From Owenia fusiformis (lineage: Eukaryota), in assembly GCA_903813345.2 (NCBI GenBank), contig CAIIXF020000001.1:44392001-44456000 (forward strand): DNA of 64,000 nucleotides, in the 5' to 3' direction. The position numbers were made by a program, and so were the translations under genes. Shown piece by piece: positions 1 to 13,185 of this stretch. The notes under the pieces are model-generated. The model was not told the origin of the DNA, searched no databases, and was given only the letters and a program-made list of their open reading frames with translations. Each line of letters begins with the position of its first letter. Within the stretch, counting starts at the first letter, position 1.

Positions 1-1860
1 AGAACGAAGTTCATCAATCTGCTGCATGTTACGCCTGCTTTGGACAATTTTGATACTTTTACATCTTGTAGATTTATCCCCCAATAAAAATAAATAAAAA
101 AAACAGATAAACATGTGCCATGAGTTTTATGCTACTGGGCATGATGAAACGCCAGTGTCATATACATAAAGATTAAAGTCCTTTTGGGGAAATCTAAGAA
201 TAAATGTAAATTAGATAACAGATTTAAATTATGAATTTGTAAGACTTAATTGGCTCTTTATCACAATCATAACATCAGATCTGTATATGACTTTTATATG
301 TTGGTTATAACATCCGAGTCTGGTGCCTGGATGTACCAATAGATGGAGGAACTCTGACTGTTGAAATAAGTTAGATAACATGCAAAAATTGCTACTAAAA
401 ATGAAAATTTCCACGTACTGGAATTCCAGAATTTACGGAGTTCCTTTGGTAATGTAACCATACTGATAAACATATTTAATGACCAATCAGATAACATTGT
501 GAATTTCCACGTTTGTTCAAGATTTAGATAATCAATTTCGACGAAAATAATTCAACCAGTCAGCACAATCTTGCAATTAGCACATAAAGCAGTGGATTGA
601 GGGCTTCTTCGTTGGTAATTAGTAGGTACTGTAGGTGAATATGTGGTAAGGCTCAACATGCAAAAAGGTCCAGGAGGGTCTTTCCTATCGCAACATCCTT
701 CTTTAATGACCAACTTTGATCAGAATTTTGAAAATGAAAATTTTAGATCAATTTGAGGAAAGAGTCCCAAAGAGAAAGGAAGCACTTCCAGGGTTTTTGG
801 GTGCAAATCTCTCAAATGGATACATCACCCAGTTGCCTCAATTCATAGTGATCATCTTGCCTTGTAAACTGAACACACCTGCATACCATTGTTTGACCTT
901 AAGGAACAGTTTGAAAGGTATCAGGTTGTTGCCCTAACTATAAATATCTTACTGTTAGTAATCACTGCCTAATATGAGAAATTTGTTTTTAACATTTTCT
1001 TCAGAATTTACTCAGATAAGATAGGCACTACTGTGAAGATTAAGAGTTTTAAGCAGCAAGCAGATATACTTATATAATAAAGGGCCAGTATCGGTAATAC
1101 TAATCCTAAATTACACCACATCTTTCAATCATAATGATATGTAACCTGCACCATCAATAGACTGTTATTTGCTAAAGTTTGAAACTGTTTCTACTGAAGA
1201 ATCTGTATTAATTTAACTATTTGTGCTGTTGGTACTTGATATTTTCAGATTTTCAGTCTTGATAGTGCAAAATACAGGTCAGAATGAATTAAAAAAAAAT
1301 ATTTGGGATTATTTAGATTCAGAATTGTAGATCCTTTAAGATGAAATTGCTCAGTCATTTTGTAATCTAAGACGGAAAAACATTTGCTATAGCAACTGAA
1401 TGGATGAGTAAGTGACATTTAGTTAACATGAACCTTTTAGCAGTTGAAATTATTTCATAGCTCAAGCATTAGTAAGATAAAATAAACTGGTCATGGTGAC
1501 CTTCATTCACTGAAATATTTAGTTTATCAGAGGAAAAAGTCTTCAATACTTTAAGGTTGTTTTTTCTTAGATCTTTCTCACCCATATAACATGGCTATAT
1601 AAAAAAATAAAATGTACTCTACAATCATCAGATTTATCAAAATATACAACATCCCCTTGATGCTATTCTTATTTCATAGTTTTTACTAAAAGACATGTTC
1701 ATACTGAACATTTGTAATCATTCAACGAAAAGAATCTGTAACCATACATAACAGAATATTGATCAACATTTAAAAAAGGTATTGCAATTAGCTCCTCTGC
1801 CTAAAAATAGTTACCTAAAGCCTTCAGTAAACAATTGTCAAAACCAATAGGGGCAAAAGG

Positions 1861-2108
1861 GGGAAAATGGCAACATCAAAAATTGACTGTGTCCAGCCTT
1901 TTTTCACCAAAATACGTTTTCAAAAAAGGAAAACATTTTTTCATATTGATTACTTGAAAGAGACCAACAGTAGGAACAAATGGGAAAATGGCAACAATCA
2001 AAAATTGACCGTGTCCAGCCCATTTTCACCAAAATATGTTTTCAAAAAAGGAAAACATTTTTTCATAATGATTACTTGAAAGAAAGAGATCAACAGTAGG
2101 AACAAATA
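1861..2108. repeat. Two-copy tandem duplication of about 120 bp in an LPCAT3 intron
   Basis: GGGAAAATGGCAACA...CAACAGTAGGAACAAAT occurs at about 1862-1981 and again at about 1982-2108 with a few differences. Confidence 0.9.
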
Positions 2109-2191
2109 AATATGTTATTAAGCTAAAGAAAAGATATGCCATTGAAGTAAAATATTTTTGACTTTAATAAATACAATTTCTATGTTTTCAG

Positions 2192-5100
2192 GTTATCCCT
2201 TTGCGTTCTTCCATAGACAGTTCCTCCATGGAAAAGCAGCCATTTTGCAGCATCTTTATTTTATATCAGTAGGACTATGGATCTGCTATTTCAATTTTGG
2301 TAAGTAAGATATTAGATATAAAGCTGCATGTGGTTAGGGCCTTAATAAAGGATTTCCATGGTTACCCATTCTTGATTACCAGACCCCCTATTATTTACCA
2401 TCTACTTTGCAAAAAGAGAAGTATAGTTAGTTGTATCATTTTGGTGGTCATAACTTCAAAAGTATTGCATTGATTTGATTGATTAGTTTATTAGTTACAA
2501 TGTAAAAACAATGTCAAGAAGTTTTGGCAAAATATTCAATTAAAATGATTGCCATTTTTATTGTTTTATGAGAACTATTTTGATGATAAGTCCAAAAGAA
2601 TCACATATATTAATTGGATATTTTATCAAAAATTCTTGCAAAATGGCTGCAACTTATAAGTTTATTAGCTATCACTCAGGCATAATAGTATATAATTGTG
2701 TTATACATGATTTATGACACACCTGCAGTGTCATTTGTAGATTGCAAAACTGAAGAAAATTACTTAGAAATCTTTAAACCCCACAATTACCTATCAGTTG
2801 TTCATTATGTCACTAACATGAATTATATTTGCTCTATAGGGAATATACTAAAATATATAATTTATATCATGAATAAAAATGATACATTCCTACCCTGATA
2901 CCCACTAACTAGCAGTTCTATACTTGTCCTCTGAGTATGTCAGATGTTTTTCCAGTTTTGGTGCTATGAACTCCAAATTAGGTGGTGATTTCTGATTCTG
3001 ATTGCTGGAAGGATTAAATCAAAGAATTCATTTTTATTTTAAAGGGTGTAGACAAAATCCCCTTTTAGATTGGGACATAATTAATGTTGCACCTTCTGTA
3101 GCATCCTAATTGAGTTGAACTTAAAAGAAATAACATCTTTCTCTTCTAAATTAACAGCAATCTGACATGGAATTATAGAATTTGCTCCATGTCATTCTAA
3201 CCTTTAGGCCCTGTTGAACATACATGATAGATTGCTAGTCAAGAATGATGAGTGATATGCAAGAAATGTTGTCTAATACTAATAACCCAATGATGTTAAT
3301 ACGAGTTAGTGATAATGCTTTGAGCTCTCCAAGCCAATCGGAACTTGTCATCTCCATTCGCCAGAAGGATGATTTTTTATATTTGGTCATTTTCTCTGGA
3401 GTTACTGTTTACTAAGGCTGCATTTTTGTACCTGATTTTTTGACTGTGTGCAAGATTTTAATCCTAAAAAGTAGCTAGATTGTGGTTAGGTTGCATGATA
3501 GTTGCTGTTAAAACAGTTTAAATATTACGCAACTGTATCAAATTCACTTACTCTGTGATACAAAAATATGCCCTTAGTATTGACCATCAATATTCATTAT
3601 TTAACACATTTCTTTGTGCTCGCTGATCGGTTTAAAAAATGGCAGCGTGATATGTTTGAAATCTTGATTCATGACCCCCGCTGTGACCGCCATTGGCAGT
3701 GAGAATTGGGCTGCTTAAACTGTAAAAGTATCTCAACTGTTCAGAGATTACTATTCAGCTTACTTCTGCGCTCATGGTACTGAAAGATCTTGAATCAAAC
3801 AATAAAGTAATCATTCTTTTTTTGGCTGCGACCATATATGATATAATATTGATATATGGAAATCATAATACAGATTGATTTCTTGAGAAAATCCTATAAA
3901 ATAAATATCTGTAGAAGTAAATAATCATAATAAACACCAATTTATTTGATTAGAGCATTAGAAGTGATTCCACCACACTGCTATTAAATGTGAACATTTA
4001 TATAACATGTGTGACTACATTACATTCACCAATCTGTATTGATTACAGTCATTGAAAATTATGTTTACATTGTTGGTACATATGTGCATCTAATATCAAC
4101 AACACATATCTCCAAATGTGATTATGTAATACCATAGGTGTAAAGGTCCCTGATTAATGTTAGCACATATAACCCATATATGACCCCATATATTCAATGA
4201 CATGTTACTAGCCCATTTTCGTATATGGCAGAGTTTCAAGAAAATCATAGACATATTTCAAAGACTCTATATCTTTAGGACCCAAGTATTACTACAAGTG
4301 TGAACCATGTTCACTCTGGATGCATACCAGTGGTAATTCCTCCAAAACTTTTACTTAGTGGGGTCCAAATTTTGATTTTATCACTGCTGATTTAACATTT
4401 TGAAGTATGCCCTGAGGCCCAGAGGCTAGTAAAAATAATGATCATTCAACCTATGTTGATAAGATTATATTTTTAATTCAAAACCAACCTGTTGAAAAGG
4501 GTTATACAGTTACAGCATTGGCTTTGTGAATAGGATCTATCTCTGCATTGTTTACATTTATTTTATTGTGAAGAAAAATTACTGTATTATTGATTTGTGT
4601 CCTAATTAACTGTTTGTGGCTAGAATAAGTGCAGTGATCTTCCTAGCAAGAGGTTGCAGCACCTACCTGAGATTTTGAAATTAGACTTGCACCCACCTGA
4701 AAATCTATTTGCATCCACTTGAAAATGAGAAAAATCATGAAAAATGGGCATATTTCATAATTTCAGTCTGAATTGTGAAAATGAGAATTTTGCACCCACT
4801 TGAGTAAAGATCATGTGGAGAACGCTGAAGTGATTAAATTCGAATCCTCAAAGTACTATAAGTTTTTATTATATGTTTCAGGGTTTGCAGTTATTCACTC
4901 TTTAGCTAACATACTGCTGATCTATGTGCTACTTGTGACTGTGGGTGGAACACAGCTCTCTGTGGGCCTGGCGTTAATAGGAAATATGGTAATACCGTAT
5001 TCTCTGTAATTAACGCCCAGGGCGGTTAGAAAATTGAAAGTACATCATTCAGACCATTCTGATTTTTTGTGATAGATTCTTCAATTCTTGTTGATTCCTC

Positions 5101-8100
5101 AATGTTTCTTGAACTTTGTGAAGCGGGGTGGGCTCTTATTAGAGGGTGGGCGATAATTACAGAGAATGCGGTATATTTATTTGTGCTTATTTGAATGGGT
5201 TAAAAAACAAATGATGAAATTCTTGTCAAAATTGCTAAATCAATGTAAGCAACAAGCAAGAATGTAAGTCCAATGTTAATTAGACTTTTACCACACTTTC
5301 AAATTTGATTGGTTACATAAATGTCTGTCAGTACCTACATGTACTTATGTCCAATTTCTTTGTTTTTCAGTCGTATCTTTTATATGGTTACCTACTTCCA
5401 AAAGACACTGATAACTATGACATTTCCTGGACCACCCCTCATTGTGTGCTCACACTTCGCCTTACCTCCCTTGTGTTTGACATCTATGATGGTAGACGAA
5501 AGCAGAACAATGTAAGTTCATAATATGATGACAAAAATGCAAATTCTGTTTTTATGTTACCACCAAGATGTATCGTTAGAGCCACTGTTTTTGTAACCAG
5601 CTTTAGGTGTTTGGTGTTAATCTTGCAGTGCATTTTATCATGTTAATTCCTTGTATATGGTTTCTAAAAGATAACATTATTTAGCTTTAAAATTGCTTCA
5701 ATTTGTAGACTCCTAATTATATGTAACCCATTCTAATCGAGTTATCTTCATCAATGTTCAAAAACATAATATGCTTTTGAGAGGGTTCATCTTCTGCAAA
5801 GTTCTAAAAACGACTGTATATTTGACTGATTTGACAACATATTGATTTGTTTATTCCTGTCAATTGTTGTATTGTATTACATGTTTTTTAACTTCCTACT
5901 TTTCTAGGCCAAACTCTCAGCAGAACAAGAATCAACAGCTTTAGACAAGGTGCCATCTTTAATTGAGATTCTTGGGCAAACTTACTACTTTGGGGGCTTC
6001 ATGGTGGGACCCCAGGTAAGTTTTCATCAAATTCTATAATCTGATCTCGAGGATGTCAATGTTTTAGAAGTTTTGTGATAAAGCTTGTCATTGTGATTGT
6101 AGGTAAACTGACCCCATATATCCCAAACTTTGACCTTGTATGTAAAATTGTACACATGTTTCAGATTACCAAGTTGAAAGGAAAGAAACCCAAAATCATC
6201 ATAAACATCTTGGTTTTGTTCATCAAAATAGAGCTCAGAAAGTGTGAGATAATGTCACATTCTGATATTACTGATTAACTATGATCTTTGTTCTTTTTCC
6301 AGTTCTCCATGAGACGATATTTAGACTTTGTGAATGGAGAATTCTCTGATAAAATAACAGGTGGTCCCCCTGCAAGGTAAAGAACTTCTTCATATTAATA
6401 ATATTTTTTGATGAAATTACTAAAAAAAATAATATCAAAAAATTGAAATGAAAAAACAATAGACTACATTCTATTAGTTCTAATAACACTGGTTTTAAGA
6501 TAAAGTAAACTCCAAAAACTTCGAAATTGTAACATCACTTGGAAATTGGAATCATAGAAAATAAACAAAGGTACAATACTGCAATAAGGATGTCATAATG
6601 TTTTATTATTAAGAAATTCATCAGTACTACATGCATTTATTGTTTCAGTGTAAAGCCGGGTCTGTCGAGGCTAGTTCTAGGATTATGTTATACCTTACTT
6701 TTCCAAATCCTTTCTGTATATACACCTGATTCATATCTCACAGATCCAGAATTTCTAGTAAGTACATAGTTGTCTTTGATTCATCATTTTAGACTTACAG
6801 TATGCCGTAGCCAGGATTTGTCAAGGGGGGGTTCACTTTTTGAAAAATTCCAGGAGGGGTTCACTTGTGACAATTTTGGTCCAAAAATGGCCAAAATCAC
6901 TTAAAAAGTGCTCAGAATGGTGAAAAACTGCATGATTTTGAAGGATTCTTTGGCCAGGGGGGGGGGGGTTCGCTCCAACCCATCGAACCCCCCCCTGGCT
7001 ACGGGCCTGATTCAGTCCTTAGATGTTACTCAACTGCATAGGGTGACACTGTAAGTTTGAGAGATAGCTAGTATGGATAGCCAATGGAGACCAGAGTCCT
7101 CAGACATCAATAATTGGTCATGTTCATTTGACATAATGAACATGTACCAGTTTGTCAATGAAGTTCTTGCAAAAAATCATTATAATTTTCTTTTTGTTGA
7201 TATGTATTTAGTTTTGTCACAAAAACAGCTACTGTTATTGATTGGTCAAAAGTTATGATGGTGATGATTATTTCAGAATTCCACGTTGCTCTACAAACTA
7301 CTTTACATCCTGATTTGGGGAAGAGTCTTTCTATTCAAATACAATGGCTGCTGGCTCATCACAGTAAGTTAAACAAAAAATATATTCAAAATTTTATATT
7401 AATTTCCGTTCTTCAGATTTGCGATAATTTCACGGTTATATAGAAAATGCCTCATTATGTAGTCGTGATAATTTTGAACAAGTACTTGTTTTAAATCTAA
7501 TGATCAATAACTTCCAACATTAATAGACTTGACTCGATCTTTCAGTCTATAAATTACACAATTCATGAAATATGAAACACACCTTGTTTTCTGTAAATAT
7601 CAAAACTAAAAAATATTGATCTGGTAACCACATTTTTGCCTTCTTTAATAAATATGAAATGTACTCAACACCTGGGTATTTCTAGGTGTTTGTACTTCTT
7701 ATATTACACACGTACAAAGTAATTTTTTAAGCTTTGATGATAATTTTCAGTTAGCAAGTTACAGGTTGCTACCATTTTAGAGGTTACAAATTGTTTGAGG
7801 TGACAAATGTTCGTTATTTTTATATATCTTCATCAGGTAAACTGAATCAAAGTTTCCAGTTTTTTCCAGTTTACCTGATGAATACATTGAAATATATTGA
7901 AAATCTGTTATCTCAAACAATTGTTTGTTTTAAATACTTGTTAACAGAATACATTTTATTTGTTGATAGGAGTTATATAAAGGTTGAGCAACTTTAATTG
8001 TTCATTATTGATTTATTTGCAGGAAGGAGCATGCTTAGTGACAGGTCTTTCATATAATGGGAAAGACAAGAATGGGAATGATCTCTGGGATGGGTGTGCG

Positions 8101-11100
8101 AATATCATACCATATTACTGTGAAGTAGGCGATACTGGTCAGAAACTCATACAAGGATTCAATATAAACACCAATCTATGGATGGCAAAGTAGGTGTATG
8201 GACAGTGTAACATTTTAATTGAGCTAGAAATAATTTAATGCTACAAAAACTACAATAATTTGAATCTTTTAAGGACACATTGAAAGCATTTTTGGCATTA
8301 AGTCATCGAAACAACCACTAAACTGATGATCAGTTGTATTTTTTATGTCTAATTGTCAAATTTCCCAAATTTTTAACCTCAAAGATGGTTATTACTAGTT
8401 AAGGTATTCAACCTTTAAATGATTTTTATTATCGCACTTTGAAAAAGTGCTATATTGTCGTCGTCTTGTGCTGTTGGGCGGGCGTTTGGGCGTGCGGGCG
8501 GGCGGGACATAAACCAAATCTTGTCATCAAATTTCCAGGATAACTGCTTACCTGTTCAACTTGAAATTTTTACAGATGCAAGAGCAGACTAGTACCAAGA
8601 TCTGATTAGGTTAAGGGCATGCTGGGTAAACTATGTGGCGGCCATTTTGAATTTTTCAACAAATTTTGTCATCAAAATTCCAGGAAAACCACTTATCCGT
8701 TCAACTTGAAATTTTTACAGATGCAAGAGCAGACTATTGCCAAGATCTGATTAGGTTTTGGGTATGCTGGCTGAATTACATGGTGGCCATTTTGAATTTT
8801 TGAATTTGGCGGCCATTTTGAATTTTTCAACTTGCTCCAAATTGACCAAATTTTTTTTAAAAACATCTACAAGTTCTCAGAAGTTCAAATCTGACCTTAG
8901 ATTTCAGATTTGACCTTTCATTCACCTTCAGTGACCTTGAAAAGGTCAAAAAAGTTGATTTTCTAAATTGATATTTTGGATTTAAATTTAGGTCAGCTTA
9001 ATTACAAAACACCTACTGAGGTCTGAAAAAGTGAAATTTTCAAGGTCGAAAGTCAAGGTCATTAAACTAGGTCACAAATGATGTTATCCAAGTTTCTCAA
9101 AGTTTGAGACTACAAATCAATTCTTGTCATCAAAATTCCAAGAAAACCGCTAACCTGTTCAACTTGAAATTTTTACACGTGCAATAGCAGACTAGTGCCA
9201 AGATCTGATTAGGTTAAGGGCATGCTGGGTAAACTACGTGGTGGCCATTTTGAATTTTTCAACAAATCTTGTCATCAAAATTCCAGGAAAACCACTTATC
9301 CGTTCAACTTGAAATTTTTACAGATGCAAGAACAGACTATTGCCAAAATCTGATTAGGTTTTGGGTATGCTGGCTGAATTACATGGTGGCCATTTTGAAT
9401 TTTTCAATTTGGCGGCCATTTTGAATTTTTCAACTTGCTCCAAATTGACCAAATTTTTTTTTTAAAAACATCTACAAGTTCTCAGAAGTTCAAATCTGAC
9501 CTTAGATTTCAGATTTGACCTTTCGTTGACCTTCAGTGGCCTTGAAAAGGTCAAAAATTTGATTTTCTAAATTGATATTTTTGATTTAAATTTAGGTCAG
9601 CTAATTACAAAAGACCTACTGAGGTCTGAAAAAGTGAAATTTTCAAGGTCGAAGGTCATCAAATTAGGTCTCAAACAATGTTATCTAAATTTTCCCAAAG
9701 TTCAAGACTACAAATAAATTCTTGTCATCAAAATTGCAGGAAAACCGCTAACCTTGTCAACTTGAAATGTTTACAGATGCAAGAGCAGAGTAGTGCCAAG
9801 GTCTGATTAGGTTTTGGCCATGCTGGGTAAATTGCATGGTGGCCAGTTTGCTCTTCAAAGTGCGATATTTATCACTGTGTGTCTTGTTTTTATTTATGAG
9901 ATGTCATGAATCATGTGAATGCAGCTATTACAATATATTTTTTTTTCAGGTATGTATTTAAACGCCTTAAATTCCTTGGCAACAAAGATCTCTCTCAACT
10001 GTGTACTCTCTTGTTCCTAGCTGTGTGGCACGGCACAAACTCTGGATATTTCATCAACTTCTGCTTAGAGTTTCTCATCATTAAATGTGAAAGAGAGGTA
10101 AGACTTCGATCATTAGAGAATTATCTATAATATATCCATGTACATGTAGTATTGTCAATTGTGAGAAGCCAAAAGATCTGTTGACTAGGGTTTGTGGGTC
10201 CCACAACTAATTATTTGTTATAGCACAGGTCCCATGGTACATTATTGAACAATAAGAAATAATTTGATACCTATCACAATACTTCTGAAAAGTTTGATTC
10301 AATGGAATTTAGAAATAATATGAATCATTACATTCAGGTACAATTTTATTCATGAGAAAAAGCCCATGGAGCTCTTATGATTAAAGGCAAAATAGAATGA
10401 TTTCCAAAATATGATCTTAACAACTAAATATTTTTGATTTATTTGCAGGTTGGAAGTGTTGTAGATCTTAATCCCACTCTACACGCTATACACACAAGCA
10501 AGCTCACATATCCCATAATATGGTTCATCAAGCGGTGCTGCATTCTCATTGGTCTAGGATATGCTCTTATTGGCTTTGCATTACTAGACTTTGACAAATG
10601 GTTAACAGTAAGTGATGCAATATCATAGATGTCTCTGACCCCGCCCATTTGTACCTACTCTAACCTGATGTTGTGTGGAATGTTGTACACTGTTTATGAA
10701 ATGTTACCCTGCATGCAGAGTTATAACTCGATGAAGCTCTCTTTTAAGAAGCGAAGTTGAACGAATGCAATAGGGTAATGAAATGAATAAGGGGATACAA
10801 GAATGCTTGATGCAGAACTTGTGATCTAACTGATATTCATTTTATATGGCTAATGCTAGTCAAATACCATTGTAATTTGCATGTTTTGCCAGTGTACAAT
10901 GACATATTTGCATATATTGCAGGTTTGAAATGGTAGATTTTGTTGTATTGCAGGTATACAATGGTACTTACTGGTTGCCTTTTATCATCTACTTAACTGT
11001 CCCCATATGGAAAGTGCCTCTAAAAGTCATCTTCCCTCCAGTAAAGTCCAGGCAGAATGGTGAGCAAAATCACAATACAGACAAGTAAGTTAAATGTTCA

Positions 11101-11354
11101 CCACCAAAAAGTTGTGATCTGTTGGTGGTGACATTGTTATAGCCAGCATTTCTTTGGAAGTGACATTCATTCTGTAACAATTGTTACAATTTTCTCACCA
11201 TTTGCAAATATTATATTAATTATTAACACAGATTATAATTTGTGACTTTTCTGTATTATTCAAGTATTCCAATTTGATGAATGCATGGAAAGATATATAT
11301 GTATGCATATTCTAATCCATTGCTTATATTTTCAGACAATCCAAGACAGAGTAA
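2192..11354 (+). CDS. LPCAT3: Lysophospholipid acyltransferase 5 (LPCAT3/MBOAT5), multi-exon, 5'-incomplete
   Basis: GT-AG exons in consistent phase: 2192-2299, 4882-4988, 5371-5511, 5908-6015, 6303-6376, 6649-6757, 7277-7363, 8023-8189, 9950-10097, 10449-10607, 10954-11084 and probably 11336-11354 (alternative stop at 11088). The translation has LPCAT3 hallmarks GYPFAFFHR, YDISWTTPHCVLTLRL, GGFMVGPQFSM, EGACLVTGL, FNINTNLW, YVFKRLKFLGNKDLSQ and FLAVWHG (MBOAT catalytic His). No start exon was found in the window. Confidence 0.95.
4632..4827. mobile_element. Short non-autonomous DNA element with CAG...CTG ends and a 5-bp TSD
   Basis: Imperfect TIRs (CAGTGATCTTC and CAGCGTTCTCC on the reverse strand); AAGTG at 4627-4631 and 4828-4832; internal GCACCCACYTGA-like repeats. 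Confidence 0.55.
4995..5171. mobile_element. Tc1/mariner-pogo-type MITE (TA TSD)
   Basis: TA|CCGTATTCTCTGTAATTAACGCCC ... GGGCGATAATTACAGAGAATGCGG|TA; the same terminus type starts at 29281. Confidence 0.85.
6801..7009. mobile_element. MITE-like element with CCGTAGCCAGG inverted ends; truncated related copy at about 13618-13745
   Basis: GCCGTAGCCAGG at the left and CCTGGCTACGGGC at the right; the internal GGGGGGTTCA...GAAAAATTCCAGG...TGCTCAGAAT...AAACTGCATGATTTTGAA is shared with 13618-13745. No clean TSD. Confidence 0.7.
8428..9886 (+). mobile_element. Helentron-associated non-autonomous element (HINE/DINE-1-like) with about 2.2 internal tandem units of about 600 bp
   Basis: T-rich site; subterminal inverted repeat ATCGCACTTTGAA (8431) and TTCAAAGTGCGAT (9854); 5' stem GCACTTT-GAA-AAAGTGC; (GCGG)n tract at about 8476-8506; units at about 8520-9120, 9121-9720 and 9721-9845; ends in CTTGTTTT. 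Confidence 0.8.
10705..10777 (+). mobile_element. 73-bp internally deleted copy of the 9-bp-TSD MITE family at 50908 and 61635
   Basis: TACCCTGCATGCAGAG fused to GAAGCTCTCTTTTAAGAAG...GAATGCAATAGGGTA; flanks ATGAAATGT and ATGAAATGA. Confidence 0.85.
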
Positions 11355-12188
11355 AACATATAACTAAAACACAGTCAGCATGTATATTTAAAAACAGGGA
11401 GCAGCCAGTCCTTAGAACACACAAATCAACACATGGGATTTTTATTTTCAAGGTTCACTCCATAGATTGTTTTACTGAATAGTGTAATATTATTCATATA
11501 GTGCACAAACAACATTGCATTGAAATAGTCATGCAGTTATTAAGCCAATATCAATTTCAAAATGATATTACCAAGTTTACTGTCAGTTTAGAAACCAAAG
11601 ATGTTATTTTACCAATATTGACAGAAAAGGTATGTGTTTATCCATAGGTTTGTCACGTGTCAGTGGTATATGTGTCCTTGTTTTATCTTGATAAAGTGAC
11701 TATTCCAAGTCGGACCACGAAGCCTGATGATCTAGACCGTCTATCCCATTGACATAACCAAAATATACAACATGTAAGAGACTAGGTCAATATTTCAATG
11801 TTCATTTCAGATTGACATTTGGTACCCTTCCCTCCAAATCATTGTATTGATAATTTATTGAGTTTAATCAAATTACAAATTGTTTTAAAAATTCATGGAA
11901 ACTAGCAAAACAAAGTGATTATGTGCACTCTCAGGATTACTAGGTTCAGCTTTTGGTGTTCAGCCTTTGGCATCTGTACCAAATGGCAGGTGGTGACATT
12001 TTCCATGTTAATGCCTTATTGTATTTATTACTCACTTGGCATACATTGAATTTGATGTATTGACCATTTCCCTTATTCAGCTCAACAGACCAATATATAT
12101 CCTTTGTACGAAATAAATGGTTGTGAAAGAAGCCTGACAGAATGGGACCATGGAACAGTTATACTCATTATACTGGATTTATTACTCA

Positions 12189-13185
12189 CACGGGGTACCA
12201 TCGAATAATTTTGGCAACGTACCGGAGAACGACATTTTACTAAGAAATGGCAATAATTTAGCACAACATATTTTTTAACTAGAGTTCTATTTTGATTTTG
12301 ACAAAAGTAAGTATTCCTTGCAATAACTATTTCATTCATGAGTTTGTAGGAATTCTGTTGGAACCCAGTTCTGATCAAGTACGAAGTTATTGAAATCGGC
12401 GCAGACGGACTTTACTTCGAAAGATGGTTTTTCGATTATAACTTTTCACAACATTTAAGTATAGACTTTTGAAAAAAGTACAGAATAGTCCTTATACTTT
12501 TGAATAATTCTGTTATTTCTGATTCACACGACTCTGATTTGTTTAATTAAAAAAAAGTTTTAAAAATATTACTTAGGAACGTAACCGGAGCTGGGAACGT
12601 AACCGGAGCAGATCAGTTGAATTATTTAATCAAAAAAATTAAAATATATGATTTAAAGCACATATACTAATTTACGAACGGGATTGTTCGAATGCGTATT
12701 TATTAATATATATGCTTTAAATCATATATTTTATTTTTTTAAATTATATAATTCAAGTAATCTGCTCCGGTTACGTTCCCAGCTCCGGTTACGTTCCTAA
12801 GTAATATTTTTAAAACTTTTTTTTTAATTAAACAAATCAGAGTCGTGTGAATCAGAAATAACAGAATTATTCAATAGTATAAGGACTATTCTGTACTTTT
12901 TTCAAAAGTCTATACTTAAATGCTGTAAAAAGTTATAATCGAAAAACCATCTTTCGGAGTAAAGTCCGACTGCGCCGATTTCAATAACTTCGTACTTGAT
13001 CAGAACTGGGTTCCAACAGAATTCCTACAAACTCATGAATGAAATAGCCATTGCATGGAATACTTACTTTTGTCAAAATCAAAGTAGAACTCTAGTTGAA
13101 AAATATATTGTGCTAAATTATTGCCATTTCTTAGTAAAATGTCGTTCTCCGGTACGTTGCCAAAATTATTCGATGGTACCCCGTG
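12189..13185. mobile_element. Foldback (near-perfect 1-kb palindrome) DNA element with CAC termini and a 5-bp TSD, Transib-like ends
   Basis: CACGGGGTACCATCGAATAATTTTGG... and its reverse complement ending at 13185; arms pair almost to the centre (about 12690); ACTCA at 12184-12188 and 13186-13190. Confidence 0.92.

Noticed and set aside
229..937. Short ORFs at the window start as LPCAT3 exon 1
   Set aside because: No resemblance to the expected N-terminal segment (A/S-E-x-A-L-R-L type); the first exon is probably upstream of the window.
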